This document shows positions 23,768 to 32,000 of a stretch of DNA of 32,000 nt, piece by piece. Where the stretch lies: contig OZ245049.1 of assembly GCA_965224465.1 (NCBI GenBank), positions 3,300,001 through 3,332,000 on the forward strand, read 5' to 3'. The notes under the pieces were generated by a model. The model did not search any database, was not told where the DNA came from, and saw nothing but the letters and a program-made list of their open reading frames with translations. Numbering within the stretch: the first letter of the stretch is position 1; each line of letters begins with the position of its first letter. The position numbers and the translations under genes were made by a program. The DNA is from Flavobacteriaceae bacterium. GTDB lineage: Bacteria; Bacteroidota; Bacteroidia; Flavobacteriales; Flavobacteriaceae.

Positions 23768-24533
23768 CGTTTTGAATTTTTGAAGTTAAATCAATAAACG
23801 CTTGTACGCTGAGTTGCTCTGGGCGTTTAGAAAAAACCTCTTCTGCCCGTAGCTCATCCGATAAGTTAAGTGTTTTTAGGCTATTTCTAAGTGTTTTTCT
23901 TCGTTGATTGAATCCTGTTTTTACGACACGATAAAATAATTTTTCATCCACAGGTAATGAATAGTCTTTTTTGCGAATCAATCGTATAACACCAGAATCT
24001 ACCTTGGGCGGTGGGTTAAATACATTTGGTGGTACGGTGAATAAATATTCGATATCATAAAATGCTTGAGCAATTACGGAAAGAATCCCGTATTTTTTAC
24101 TGCCTTCTTTTTCTGCGATGCGCTCCGCTACCTCTTTTTGAAACATTCCTGTTAATTCAGGGATAGAGTCTCTGTAGTCTAGTGTTTTAAATACGATTTG
24201 AGTGGAGATATTATAAGGGAAATTTCCTATGATAGCAAATTGATTTCCCTGAAAAATTTCTGATAAATCCGTTTTTAAAAAATCTTTTGAGTGGATGCGA
24301 TTCGCTAAATTCAAATAATGAGTCTCTAAATATGCTACGGATGCAGTGTCAATTTCTATGACGGATGTCGTGTATTTTTTTTGTAATAAATACTTGGTAA
24401 GTACGCCCATTCCTGGACCAATTTCCAAGACATTATCATAGCCGTTCTCGGTCAATGTATCTGCAATTTTTTTTGCGATGGTTTCATCGGTTAAAAAATG
24501 TTGTCCTAGGTGTTTTTTTGCTCTTACTGACAT
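23757..24533 (-). CDS. rsmA: 16S rRNA (adenine1518/1519-N6)-dimethyltransferase RsmA/KsgA
   Basis: 258 aa. N-terminal KKHLGQHFL and the SAM motif [11 protein letters not shown] are present, along with GNFPYNIST. There is an 11-nt overlap with the mgtE start. Confidence 0.9.
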   Translation of the reverse strand: MSVRAKKHLGQHFLTDETIAKKIADTLTENGYDNVLEIGPGMGVLTKYLLQKKYTTSVIEIDTASVAYLETHYLNLANRIHSKDFLKTDLSEIFQGNQFAIIGNFPYNISTQIVFKTLDYRDSIPELTGMFQKEVAERIAEKEGSKKYGILSVIAQAFYDIEYLFTVPPNVFNPPPKVDSGVIRLIRKKDYSLPVDEKLFYRVVKTGFNQRRKTLRNSLKTLNLSDELRAEEVFSKRPEQLSVQAFIDLTSKIQNDAI

Positions 24534-24848
24534 CTATATAAATTCTTGGATTACTTGAAGTTCTGTTCTGAAAATTACGTATTTACCTGCAAATTTTCGA
24601 TCTGTTTCTTGGCGCAATGCAGCTGCGTTTTCTTGATAGTAGGCTTGGAGTGTTTCTTTACTGTCACAGGTGTATTGTACCGAGTAGGTGACACCTCCCA
24701 TTTCTTCTTCAATTAATACGTGACTCATAAGAGCCTTGCTAAATTTTTTTGTATTTAAAACAGCTGGAATATGGGTGTTACGCATCCAGTCTAGCCATTC
24801 CTTTTCTACATTTTTCTCAATATTTACTGTAACGCTATAAATATACAT
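24534..24848 (-). CDS. DUF4286 family protein
   Basis: The track ORF begins at TTG 24869, with ATGs at 24854 and 24848. MYIYSVTVNIEKNVEKEWLDWMRNTHIPAVL matches the usual DUF4286 N-terminus as I recall it. Start choice is uncertain by 2-7 codons. It abuts the rsmA start with no gap. Confidence 0.7.
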   Translation of the reverse strand: MYIYSVTVNIEKNVEKEWLDWMRNTHIPAVLNTKKFSKALMSHVLIEEEMGGVTYSVQYTCDSKETLQAYYQENAAALRQETDRKFAGKYVIFRTELQVIQEFI

Positions 24849-24937
24849 GGGCATTTGTTTAAAATGCAAAGGTAGCTGTTTTTATTGACTGTGTAAGGAA
24901 TGTTGAACCTCTCTTTTAAGGGGGCTTTATTTCTTGT

Positions 24938-26716
24938 TTACTGAACCGTGTCTCCTCTTATTTTTCTGTATTTTTTTCTTGCTTCTACAAGGAAAATACT
25001 GGAGGGATAATTAAAAATAATAGATTCAAAATACTTGGAAGCTTCTGCTGGATTGTCAAGGTTGTCAAGGTAAATATTCCCAATTTTATACACCGCATCG
25101 TCCACTAGAATATCGGTTTTATTAATGGAAATAAGCTTGGAATAATAGGTGATGGCTTGTTTGAATTTTTTTTCTTGAACTTTTAAATCACCTAATTTAA
25201 ACAGCGCCTCGTCCTCTATAGAGTTTCCTTTGTGGTCTCTTAATAATTGCTCTAATAATTGAATAGATTCAGTGTTTTTATTTTGAAAACTAAGCAGTTC
25301 TGCTTTGGCAAACATTTTTAGTGCAGTATGTACACTGTCTTTCGCTGTATTGTCCAAGATAAGAAGGTTTAGGTCTAAGGCATCATTTGAAATTAGTTGA
25401 GAAGTGGATTTCTTCAGGACTTTGAGTTGAGATTGCGCCCATTTAAAATCACCTTTATAATATGACGTGCGGGCTATTTTAAACCGTGCGTACTGTGCCA
25501 ATACATGATTTTTTAAGTTGCTTTGTACTTGGGTATAATAAATCAATGCCTTATTGTAATTTCCTGTAAAAACATAAATGTCTGCCAAACTCAGTTTTAT
25601 GTTTGCTGCTTGGAATTTATTGAGTCGCAGGTGGATTGTTTGTTGTAGGGTCTCTTGCGCTTTTTCCGGATTGTTTTTTACATACGTTAAATAATGGGCA
25701 TAGGCCATTTGTACATCTAGCGTACTTATTGTTTTTCCGTAGGTGTCAAAAATTTCTTGAAATTTAGTTTCAATTGTTGCTGCATTTGGATCAATGGCAA
25801 TAGCTATTTGTAGTAAAAATAATTTTGAACTCAATTGGTCTATCGTTGACTTACTGTGCTCTAAAATATAAATAAAACATTGTTTCGATGCATCATAACT
25901 TTTGGCATTAAAAGCTGTTTTTCCTATTTCTAGGATGGGATGTAGGTTTCCGTTGTTTCTTTTATATAATGCTTTTTCTTGGGTAAGTGCCTTGGTGTAA
26001 TCGGTTTGTTGCATAAAAAGCCAACTCAATAACTGGTTCCAAACATTTTTAGGATTGCTTTGTAGGCGTTTTAAAACCGTTTTTTTAAACAATGTGTTGG
26101 AGGTGTTGTAAGCATCCTTTGTAATGTATTTACCAATATAACTTTTAACGAGTTTTATGTTTTTATTGTTTTTTTCTAAGTAGTCTAGATAGGTGTTAAA
26201 CATCAATTCTAAATCTCCTTTTTCACCATATATCCTGGCGATTTGGAGGTTGTAATTGGCGTTAGAATTTACTTGCATCGTTTTTTTATAGGCTTTTAAC
26301 GCAAAATCTAACAGGAGGCAGTCTTGAAAAGTGCGTGCAATCATATAGCCTTGATTGGATCTTTTTTTAATGGATGCAATCGCTTTTTCGTAGTATGTAT
26401 TTGCTTTTTCTTGTTGATGTTGTAATTGATAGTTATAGCCTAAATGAATTTCTAGATAGCTTTTACTCCGAGAAGTTTTTATGTTTTTTTCTATAATGGC
26501 GGTCGCCTTATCGTATTGCTCACTTTGTTGGTAAGACTGAATCAAGTATTTTAAATAAGAATAATTGTGTTTGTTTTTTTTGAGCAAGGTTTCAAAAACG
26601 GCTGCAGATTTTTCGTATGCTCCTGCTCTGAAATATTGATAAGCCAATTGTTGATCTTGGCTAAACAACAAAGATGTTTGGATGAGTACAAAAAATAGGA
26701 CAAGGATCTTACGCAT
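24938..26716 (-). CDS. Tetratricopeptide-repeat protein with signal peptide
   Basis: The track ORF starts at 26755. The ATG at 26716 gives MRKILVLFFVLIQTSLLFSQ. Repeated A/Y/L-patterned ~34-aa helical units run throughout (YQYFRAGAYEKSAAVFETLL, YYEKAIA, YYTQVQ, YYSKLI). Confidence 0.75.
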   Translation of the reverse strand: MRKILVLFFVLIQTSLLFSQDQQLAYQYFRAGAYEKSAAVFETLLKKNKHNYSYLKYLIQSYQQSEQYDKATAIIEKNIKTSRSKSYLEIHLGYNYQLQHQQEKANTYYEKAIASIKKRSNQGYMIARTFQDCLLLDFALKAYKKTMQVNSNANYNLQIARIYGEKGDLELMFNTYLDYLEKNNKNIKLVKSYIGKYITKDAYNTSNTLFKKTVLKRLQSNPKNVWNQLLSWLFMQQTDYTKALTQEKALYKRNNGNLHPILEIGKTAFNAKSYDASKQCFIYILEHSKSTIDQLSSKLFLLQIAIAIDPNAATIETKFQEIFDTYGKTISTLDVQMAYAHYLTYVKNNPEKAQETLQQTIHLRLNKFQAANIKLSLADIYVFTGNYNKALIYYTQVQSNLKNHVLAQYARFKIARTSYYKGDFKWAQSQLKVLKKSTSQLISNDALDLNLLILDNTAKDSVHTALKMFAKAELLSFQNKNTESIQLLEQLLRDHKGNSIEDEALFKLGDLKVQEKKFKQAITYYSKLISINKTDILVDDAVYKIGNIYLDNLDNPAEASKYFESIIFNYPSSIFLVEARKKYRKIRGDTVQ

Positions 26717-26929
26717 TTCTTTTTCTTTTGAAACGAATATACAGAAACTGTACATGCTATCAAAGAGAAATCAAACAACTGTGTTTTTAAGGTTTATTTA
26801 AAAACGTTATCTAGGGCGTGTATTTTAGTAAATAAGACCCCTTTTATTTATACAAAGTGGTATCATGATATAGTTAAAGGTAGATGCTTCCCAAAAACAC
26901 GGATACACAAGATGCGTCAGGTCAATTAA

Positions 26930-26965
26930 TTCCCCTGTAGATTCTAAGAAGAATTTACAGGGGAA
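26930..26965 (-). terminator. Hairpin downstream of serS
   Basis: ttcccctgta (26930..26939) and tacaggggaa (26956..26965) form a perfect 10-bp inverted repeat with a 16-nt loop. It is ~58 nt after the serS stop on the minus strand. The trailing T-tract is weak (ttaatt). Confidence 0.55.
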
Positions 26966-27022
26966 CTGTATTTATACGGACTGTTTTGTAGTGTGTTAAG
27001 GTCTTAGATTGGCCAGTACTCG

Positions 27023-28297
27023 TTAGTCAATAATATCAAATCCACAATAAGGAATCAATACTTTGGGTATCTTAATTCCTTCTGGGGTTTGGTAGTTTTC
27101 TAAAATCCCTGCCAAAACACGTGGCAATGCCAAGCTACTTCCGTTTAGTGTATGTGCCAATTGACTTTTTCCATCAGAATCTTTAAAACGCAATTTTAAA
27201 CGATTTGCTTGGAAGGTCTCAAAATTAGAAACAGAACTAATTTCTAACCACCTGTCTTGGGCTGTTGAGAATACCTCAAAATCATAGGTCATAACAGCGG
27301 TAAATCCTAAATCTCCTCCGCAGAGTCTCAAAATGCGATATGGCAACTCAAGTTCTTGTAAAATATGTTTAACATGGTCAACCATTCCGTCCAAAGCAGC
27401 AGCAGATTTTGAGGGGTGTTCTACACGCACAATCTCTACTTTATCAAATTGGTGTAATCTGTTTAGACCACGTACATGGGCTCCGTAAGATCCTGCTTCA
27501 CGTCTAAAACAAGGTGTGTAAGAGGTTTTTAATACAGGGAAGTCTTCTTCCTTCAACAGTACGTCTCTAAAAATATTAGTTACAGGTACTTCTGCTGTTG
27601 GGATTAAATATAAATTATCGATACCACAGTGGTACATCTGACCTTCTTTGTCAGGCAATTGTCCTGTGCCTATTCCAGAAGCTTCATTTACAAGATAGGG
27701 CACTTGTGTTTCTTCGTAGCCAGCATCACAGTTTTTATCTAAGAAATAGGCGATTAAAGCACGTTGCAATCGCGCTCCTTTTCCTTTGTAAACAGGAAAT
27801 CCTGCGCCCGTAATTTTTACGCCCAATTCAAAATCAATGATGTCGTATTTTTTTGCCAATTCCCAGTGTGGCATTGCGCCTTCATGTAATGTAGGAATGT
27901 CTCCTTCTCTAAAAATTGTTTCATTATCATCTTCCGAATTCCCTGAAGGAACAAGTACATTTGGTATGTTCGGAATTAGGTATAGCAATTCGGTGAGTTT
28001 TTCAGTTGCTTGTTGTAGTTTTTCTGCCAATTGCTTGGATTCTTCTTTTAACAAGACCGTTTTTTGCTTTAAAATTTCTGCTTTTTTGCGTTCCCCTGAT
28101 TTGAATAGCATTCCAATATCCTTGGATAGTTTATTAGATGTAGCCAATACATTGTCCATTAACGCCTGTGAGGAACGTCTTGTCTCATCGGTATCAATAA
28201 CTTCATCAATAATCGCCTCGGCGTTTTTAAAATTACGCTTTGCCAAACCGTCCAATACGGTTTTTTTGTTTTCTCTAATAAATGCTACTTGTAACAT
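27023..28297 (-). CDS. serS: Serine--tRNA ligase
   Basis: 424 aa. It has an N-terminal coiled-coil arm and class II motifs (PTAEVPVTN, CFRREAGSYG, LNGSSLALPR). Confidence 0.95.
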   Translation of the reverse strand: MLQVAFIRENKKTVLDGLAKRNFKNAEAIIDEVIDTDETRRSSQALMDNVLATSNKLSKDIGMLFKSGERKKAEILKQKTVLLKEESKQLAEKLQQATEKLTELLYLIPNIPNVLVPSGNSEDDNETIFREGDIPTLHEGAMPHWELAKKYDIIDFELGVKITGAGFPVYKGKGARLQRALIAYFLDKNCDAGYEETQVPYLVNEASGIGTGQLPDKEGQMYHCGIDNLYLIPTAEVPVTNIFRDVLLKEEDFPVLKTSYTPCFRREAGSYGAHVRGLNRLHQFDKVEIVRVEHPSKSAAALDGMVDHVKHILQELELPYRILRLCGGDLGFTAVMTYDFEVFSTAQDRWLEISSVSNFETFQANRLKLRFKDSDGKSQLAHTLNGSSLALPRVLAGILENYQTPEGIKIPKVLIPYCGFDIID

Positions 28298-28320
28298 GGT
28301 TTTTTTCTTTGTATAAGCGA

Positions 28321-28328
28321 CAAATTTA
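28321..28328 (-). promoter_or_regulatory. Candidate -7 box for serS
   Basis: Plus-strand caaattta is TAAATTTG on the minus strand. It sits 23 nt upstream of the serS ATG at 28297. There is no convincingly spaced -33 TTG. Confidence 0.3.
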
Positions 28329-28364
28329 AGAAAAGTAACAACATAAAAGCTATTTGTTTTTGGC

Positions 28365-28916
28365 TTATTTTAAATCGATGCTTTCTTGGAGCCTAGAAAT
28401 AAGATGTGGAACCTGTTTGATGCTAAAATTAAGTGCAAAGTTCAGCTTGTTTTTGGATTCCATTTTTGCAGTGAATGTTCCTTTCTCTACACTGTAATAC
28501 CCTGCTTGTCCTTTGCAGTAACATAAACGACCGAAAAGGATTTTAGCCTGCTTAAATGTTGTTGTATTTGATTTGATTTCAGAGAAGTTTTTTGGTACGT
28601 GTATATAAATAATTTCAGAATAATGAGCATCCGAAATATTTTGTAAGCCTGATTTTTTATATTCAAATTTCACTAGATTCCCTTCACTTTCCTCTAGTTT
28701 GACATAACCAATTCCAAAGGAGTCTTTTTTTAAAACAGCTTTTTTATGAGGGATTATAGTAATAGTGCTATTTCCATTTTCTATTTGTGTGTCACTTAAA
28801 ACGTGGACTGTATCTTTAATATTTAAGAGGTGTTTTTGTGGGGTACAGGCACAAGTTAAACATAAAAAAATGGCTGTAATAATACTATTTAGGGATGTTA
28901 TTTTATAAGAGTTCAT
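28365..28916 (-). CDS. Hypothetical lipoprotein
   Basis: 183 aa with signal/lipobox AIFLCLTCAC. I recognise no family. Confidence 0.6.
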   Translation of the reverse strand: MNSYKITSLNSIITAIFLCLTCACTPQKHLLNIKDTVHVLSDTQIENGNSTITIIPHKKAVLKKDSFGIGYVKLEESEGNLVKFEYKKSGLQNISDAHYSEIIYIHVPKNFSEIKSNTTTFKQAKILFGRLCYCKGQAGYYSVEKGTFTAKMESKNKLNFALNFSIKQVPHLISRLQESIDLK

Positions 28917-28921
28917 GCTTG

Positions 28922-29857
28922 TTAGTTGGTTTGTTTTTTTATGATTTTTAAGGCAGTTTCTTTATCGTTAAGAAGTTGTTCTTTAAGTAGGGGGATTGAA
29001 GCGAATTTTTGTTCGTCCCTTAAATAAGCAAGAAGGTGGATGCGAATTTTTTGATCGTATAAATCATCATTGAAATCAAAAAAATGTGTTTCTATAGTTT
29101 GATGTTTGCCATCTAAGGTAGGTCTGTATCCTATGTTTGTCATTCCGTATACCCATCGTTTATTTAGAAATGCTTTGGAAACATATGCGCCTGTTTTTGG
29201 GATTAATTTATACGTTTCTTTGACGTGTAAGTTTGCCGTAGGATATCCTATTTTTTCTCCTAAATTATTCCCTTGTACCACTGTTCCACTTATCATGTAT
29301 TCATAGCCTAAATACGTGTTTGCTGTTTCTATATTACCTGTTTCTAGTGCTTTGCGTATTTTGGTAGAGCTGATAGCGATACTGTCAATGTCTAATGCGG
29401 CAATTTTATCTACTTTAAAACCGTAGGTGTGTCCGTATTCGCTAAGCTGTTCAAAGTTTCCTTCTCTATTTTTACCGAATTGATGATCATAGCCAATAAG
29501 AAGCCGAGAAACATTGAGTGTATTAACTAAAATCTCTCTGACAAATTCAAGAGCAGTAAGTCTTGAAAATGCCCTGTTAAAAGGGAGAATCACCAAATTT
29601 TCTAAGCCTGTTTTAGCAAGCAACTCTTCGCGTTCTTCTATGGTATTAAGTAGTTTGATACCTGTTTCTTTTTGCAGCACCATTCGTGGATGTGGAAAAA
29701 AAGATAATAATACCGATGGCTGTTCTTTTTTACGAGCGCATTTTAATAATTTTTTAATTACTTTCTGATGTCCTATATGTACTCCGTCAAAAGTACCTAT
29801 CGTAATGATAGTTTTGCTGTTAGGGTTGAATTGGTTTAATCCGTGAAATGTTTTCAA
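28922..29857 (-). CDS. ribF: Bifunctional riboflavin kinase / FMN adenylyltransferase
   Basis: 311 aa. GTFDGVHIGHQ is the nucleotidyltransferase motif. The C-terminal kinase part carries GYPTANL and ETHFFDF. Confidence 0.9.
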   Translation of the reverse strand: MKTFHGLNQFNPNSKTIITIGTFDGVHIGHQKVIKKLLKCARKKEQPSVLLSFFPHPRMVLQKETGIKLLNTIEEREELLAKTGLENLVILPFNRAFSRLTALEFVREILVNTLNVSRLLIGYDHQFGKNREGNFEQLSEYGHTYGFKVDKIAALDIDSIAISSTKIRKALETGNIETANTYLGYEYMISGTVVQGNNLGEKIGYPTANLHVKETYKLIPKTGAYVSKAFLNKRWVYGMTNIGYRPTLDGKHQTIETHFFDFNDDLYDQKIRIHLLAYLRDEQKFASIPLLKEQLLNDKETALKIIKKQTN

Positions 29858-29976
29858 GGTAGAAATCTAAATATTTTTACAAAAATAGGCATTGTTTTTA
29901 ACTGTCCAAATGAAATTAATAACAATTATTTCACAGAACATTTTTATGATTAGCTAGATTAAACAATTTTTTTTCA

Positions 29977-29984
29977 TATTTTTG
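29977..29984 (+). promoter_or_regulatory. Candidate -7 box for the metalloprotease gene
   Basis: TATTTTTG matches TAnnTTTG and lies 22 nt upstream of the ATG at 30007. I saw no -33 TTG at the usual spacing. Confidence 0.3.
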
Positions 29985-30006
29985 TTGCTACCCTAACGTT
30001 CAGTTT

Positions 30007-32000
30007 ATGAAATTTATATACCCCCGAATCATAGGTCTGTGCATATTCAATATGTTGGTCTTTAATGGATTAACAGCTCAGAATAGCTCAAATTTATGGA
30101 CGAAAATTCAGTTATCTGAAAGAGCATCTTTGAATAGTACATCTAAAACGAGTGCTATATATGAATTAAACATAAAGGTGTTTTCCAATTATTTATCAAA
30201 AAAAATTCTTAAAAGAGAATCGACAGAGAGGTCAAATCTTCGTATTTCTTTTCCAAATACTACGGGTGGCTTTGAAATATTCAGCATAAAAGAAGCGTCT
30301 ATAATGCATCCAGATTTGCAAAAGAAATTTCCAAATATTCGTTCGTTTATTGGAGAGAGTGTTTCTGTAAAAGGGAATAGTATTCGATTTAGTTTTTCTA
30401 AAATCGGAATGCATGCAATGATTTTTAGAGCAAATAAGAATATTGAATTAATCAATCCTATTCCTAAAAGCAATCGCTATGAAGTGTTGTCCAAAGCACA
30501 GGCTACTTCTTCTAGTAGTTTTGAATGTTTTGTAGAGGATCGTCTTGTGAAACAAAGCAAGCAAGATGCCATTTCATATAGTCCTAATTTTGTGAACGAT
30601 GCTGCTCTTAGGACATTTAGGTTGGCATTGGCTTGTACTCAGGAATATGCGAATTTTCATTTAACAAATCAGAGCATTCCGATTACTGCAACGGATGCTG
30701 TGAAAAAAGAGGCTGTATTGGCAGCTATGAATAAAACAATGACACGTGTAAACGGGGTTTTTGAACGTGACGTTGCGTTGACCATGCAGCTGGTACCTAC
30801 AGAAACAGCGCTTATTTTCTTAAAAGAAGACGATGGTTTTTCAAATAATAATGCCAGTAGTTTGGTCGAAGAGAGTCAAACGATTATTGATAATATAATA
30901 GGTGTTGAAAATTACGATATTGGACATACATTAAGTACTGGAGGAGGTGGATTGGCATGGTTAAATTCTCCTTGTACTACAGCAAAAGCAAAGGGAATTA
31001 CCGGTAGTCCTTCTCCTATAGGTGATGCTTTTGATATTGATTATGTAGCGCACGAAATGGGACATCAATTTGGTGCAACCCATACTTTTAATGGAGAAGG
31101 TTTAGATTGCAATTCAGGAAATCGATCAATTGCTACTGCTGTAGAACCTGGTAGTGGTACTACTATTATGTCTTATGCTGGGATTTGTAGTCCTGTAAAT
31201 ACACAAATTCATGTAGATGCTTATTTTCATGCGGTGAGCATAGAACAGATGTATAAAAATATAACGGCTGGAAATAGTTCATGTGCCAATATAACTCAGA
31301 TAAACAATGCGGCTCCAGTGGTAGAGGCTGGTTTAAATTATACAATTCCTATAGGAACTCCATTTGCGTTGGAAGCGGTGGCTAGTGATGCTAATTCTGA
31401 TGTGCTAACCTATGCGTGGGCTCAACTGGATACGGGGTTGGTGAGTGATTTTCCTACTCCGTCTACAACGGTAGATGGTCCGCTGTTTCGCTCGTTTCCT
31501 CCCTCAGGAAATCCCATTCGGTATTTTCCTAAATTGGAAACTATTATAGCTGGGAATACGTCTTCTAAATGGGAAGTCTTGCCTACTGTTACACGTGATA
31601 TGAGTTTTGGTGTACTGGTGCGTGATAATAATATCTTGGGCGGTCAAACGGGTTATGATGCAACTACGATATCTGTATCAGCTACTTCAGGTCCTTTTAA
31701 AATAACGTCTCAAAACATATCGGAAACCTGGCAAGAAGGGGAATCAAAAACCATTATTTGGGATGTTGCAAAGACTACAGAAGCACCTGTGAGTTGTAGT
31801 CAAGTACATATATTACTGTCTTTGGATGGGGGGCATACTTTTCCGATTAGTCTGGCGCGAAATGTTCCAAACAACGGGTCTTATAATATTGTAGTTCCTA
31901 AAGAATCTACGTTCAATGCTCGTATAAAAATTGTAGCTGCAAACGGTATTTTTTATACTATGAATAGTGCTGATATCAGTATTCAAGCATCTGAATTTGT
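30007..32000 (+). CDS. Secreted reprolysin-like (M12B-like) zinc metalloprotease, 3'-truncated by the window end
   Basis: It is absent from the ORF track because it runs off the window. I translated from ATG 30007 to 32000 and found no stop. The signal-like N-terminus is MKFIYPRIIGLCIFNMLVFNGLTAQ. The zinc site is VAHEMGHQFGATHTFNG, followed by GSGTTIMSYAG, which is typical of flavobacterial reprolysin-like peptidases. Confidence 0.8.
   Translation, partial: MKFIYPRIIGLCIFNMLVFNGLTAQNSSNLWTKIQLSERASLNSTSKTSAIYELNIKVFSNYLSKKILKRESTERSNLRISFPNTTGGFEIFSIKEASIMHPDLQKKFPNIRSFIGESVSVKGNSIRFSFSKIGMHAMIFRANKNIELINPIPKSNRYEVLSKAQATSSSSFECFVEDRLVKQSKQDAISYSPNFVNDAALRTFRLALACTQEYANFHLTNQSIPITATDAVKKEAVLAAMNKTMTRVNGVFERDVALTMQLVPTETALIFLKEDDGFSNNNASSLVEESQTIIDNIIGVENYDIGHTLSTGGGGLAWLNSPCTTAKAKGITGSPSPIGDAFDIDYVAHEMGHQFGATHTFNGEGLDCNSGNRSIATAVEPGSGTTIMSYAGICSPVNTQIHVDAYFHAVSIEQMYKNITAGNSSCANITQINNAAPVVEAGLNYTIPIGTPFALEAVASDANSDVLTYAWAQLDTGLVSDFPTPSTTVDGPLFRSFPPSGNPIRYFPKLETIIAGNTSSKWEVLPTVTRDMSFGVLVRDNNILGGQTGYDATTISVSATSGPFKITSQNISETWQEGESKTIIWDVAKTTEAPVSCSQVHILLSLDGGHTFPISLARNVPNNGSYNIVVPKESTFNARIKIVAANGIFYTMNSADISIQASEF

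Noticed and set aside
1379-26755. N-terminal extensions in the ORF track at 1379, 7019, 9766, 13696, 24869 and 26755.
   Set aside because: They begin at TTG/GTG or add residues ahead of an obvious signal peptide or family N-terminus. Internal ATGs at 1427, 7028, 9769, 13774, 24848/24854 and 26716 give canonical N-termini.
22479-30473. Short ORFs embedded in the housekeeping genes: 22479..22715, 23232..23447, 26551..26778, 27598..27813, 27837..28316, 29106..29306, 29514..29768, 30189..30473, 30232..30414.
   Set aside because: They overlap mgtE, the TPR gene, serS, ribF or the 30007+ metalloprotease ORF. They look like frame or strand shadows.

Overview
This is an AT-rich chromosomal window that looks Bacteroidota/Flavobacteriia-like: TAnnTTTG-type -7 boxes, many lipoproteins, outer-membrane barrels ending in Phe. 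It falls into three blocks.

(1) 1-12.6 kb. A secreted EEP-family nuclease gene (minus strand) sits divergent from two tandem paralogous two-gene modules. Each module is a CarboxypepD_reg/TonB-dependent-receptor-like barrel plus a ~895-aa lipoprotein with three DUF5689-type repeats and a C-terminal lamin-tail domain. A ~135-bp inverted repeat brackets the block. I read it as an extracellular nucleic-acid capture and uptake locus.

(2) 12.6-22.15 kb. This is a visibly more AT-rich accessory island, entirely on the plus strand, and the most interesting part of the window.
- It opens with a decayed fragment of an immunity-like gene and a small membrane ORF.
- Next comes a TssD/Hcp-like gene with a ~100-aa C-terminal extension.
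- Then a 537-aa signal-less effector with a metzincin zinc site (HELGHMLGLEH) and Met-turn (NYMDY).
- The effector stop overlaps (ATGA) the start of a ~190-aa lipoprotein gene, the putative immunity gene.
- Two start-less copies of the effector 3' third follow, each with its own lipoprotein gene. One copy is divergent; the other is 100% identical to the expressed gene over 604 nt.
- Four ~780-bp tandem units then follow, each holding a 53-bp vestige of the effector 3' end plus another lipoprotein paralog.
- All seven lipoprotein genes share nucleotide-invariant ends around mosaic, variable middles.
- This resembles Rhs/CdiA/MafB displaced-cassette logic built on an Hcp-linked metzincin, a combination I do not recognise as described.
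- No T6SS structural genes, recombinase, transposase or tRNA lie in the window.

(3) 22.4-32 kb. Ordinary housekeeping genes on the minus strand: mgtE, rsmA, a DUF4286 gene, a TPR protein, serS, a lipoprotein and ribF. A 3'-truncated reprolysin-like zinc metalloprotease gene on the plus strand (30007 to the window end) is missing from the supplied ORF track.

All family assignments come from reading motifs in the translations. No database search was possible.
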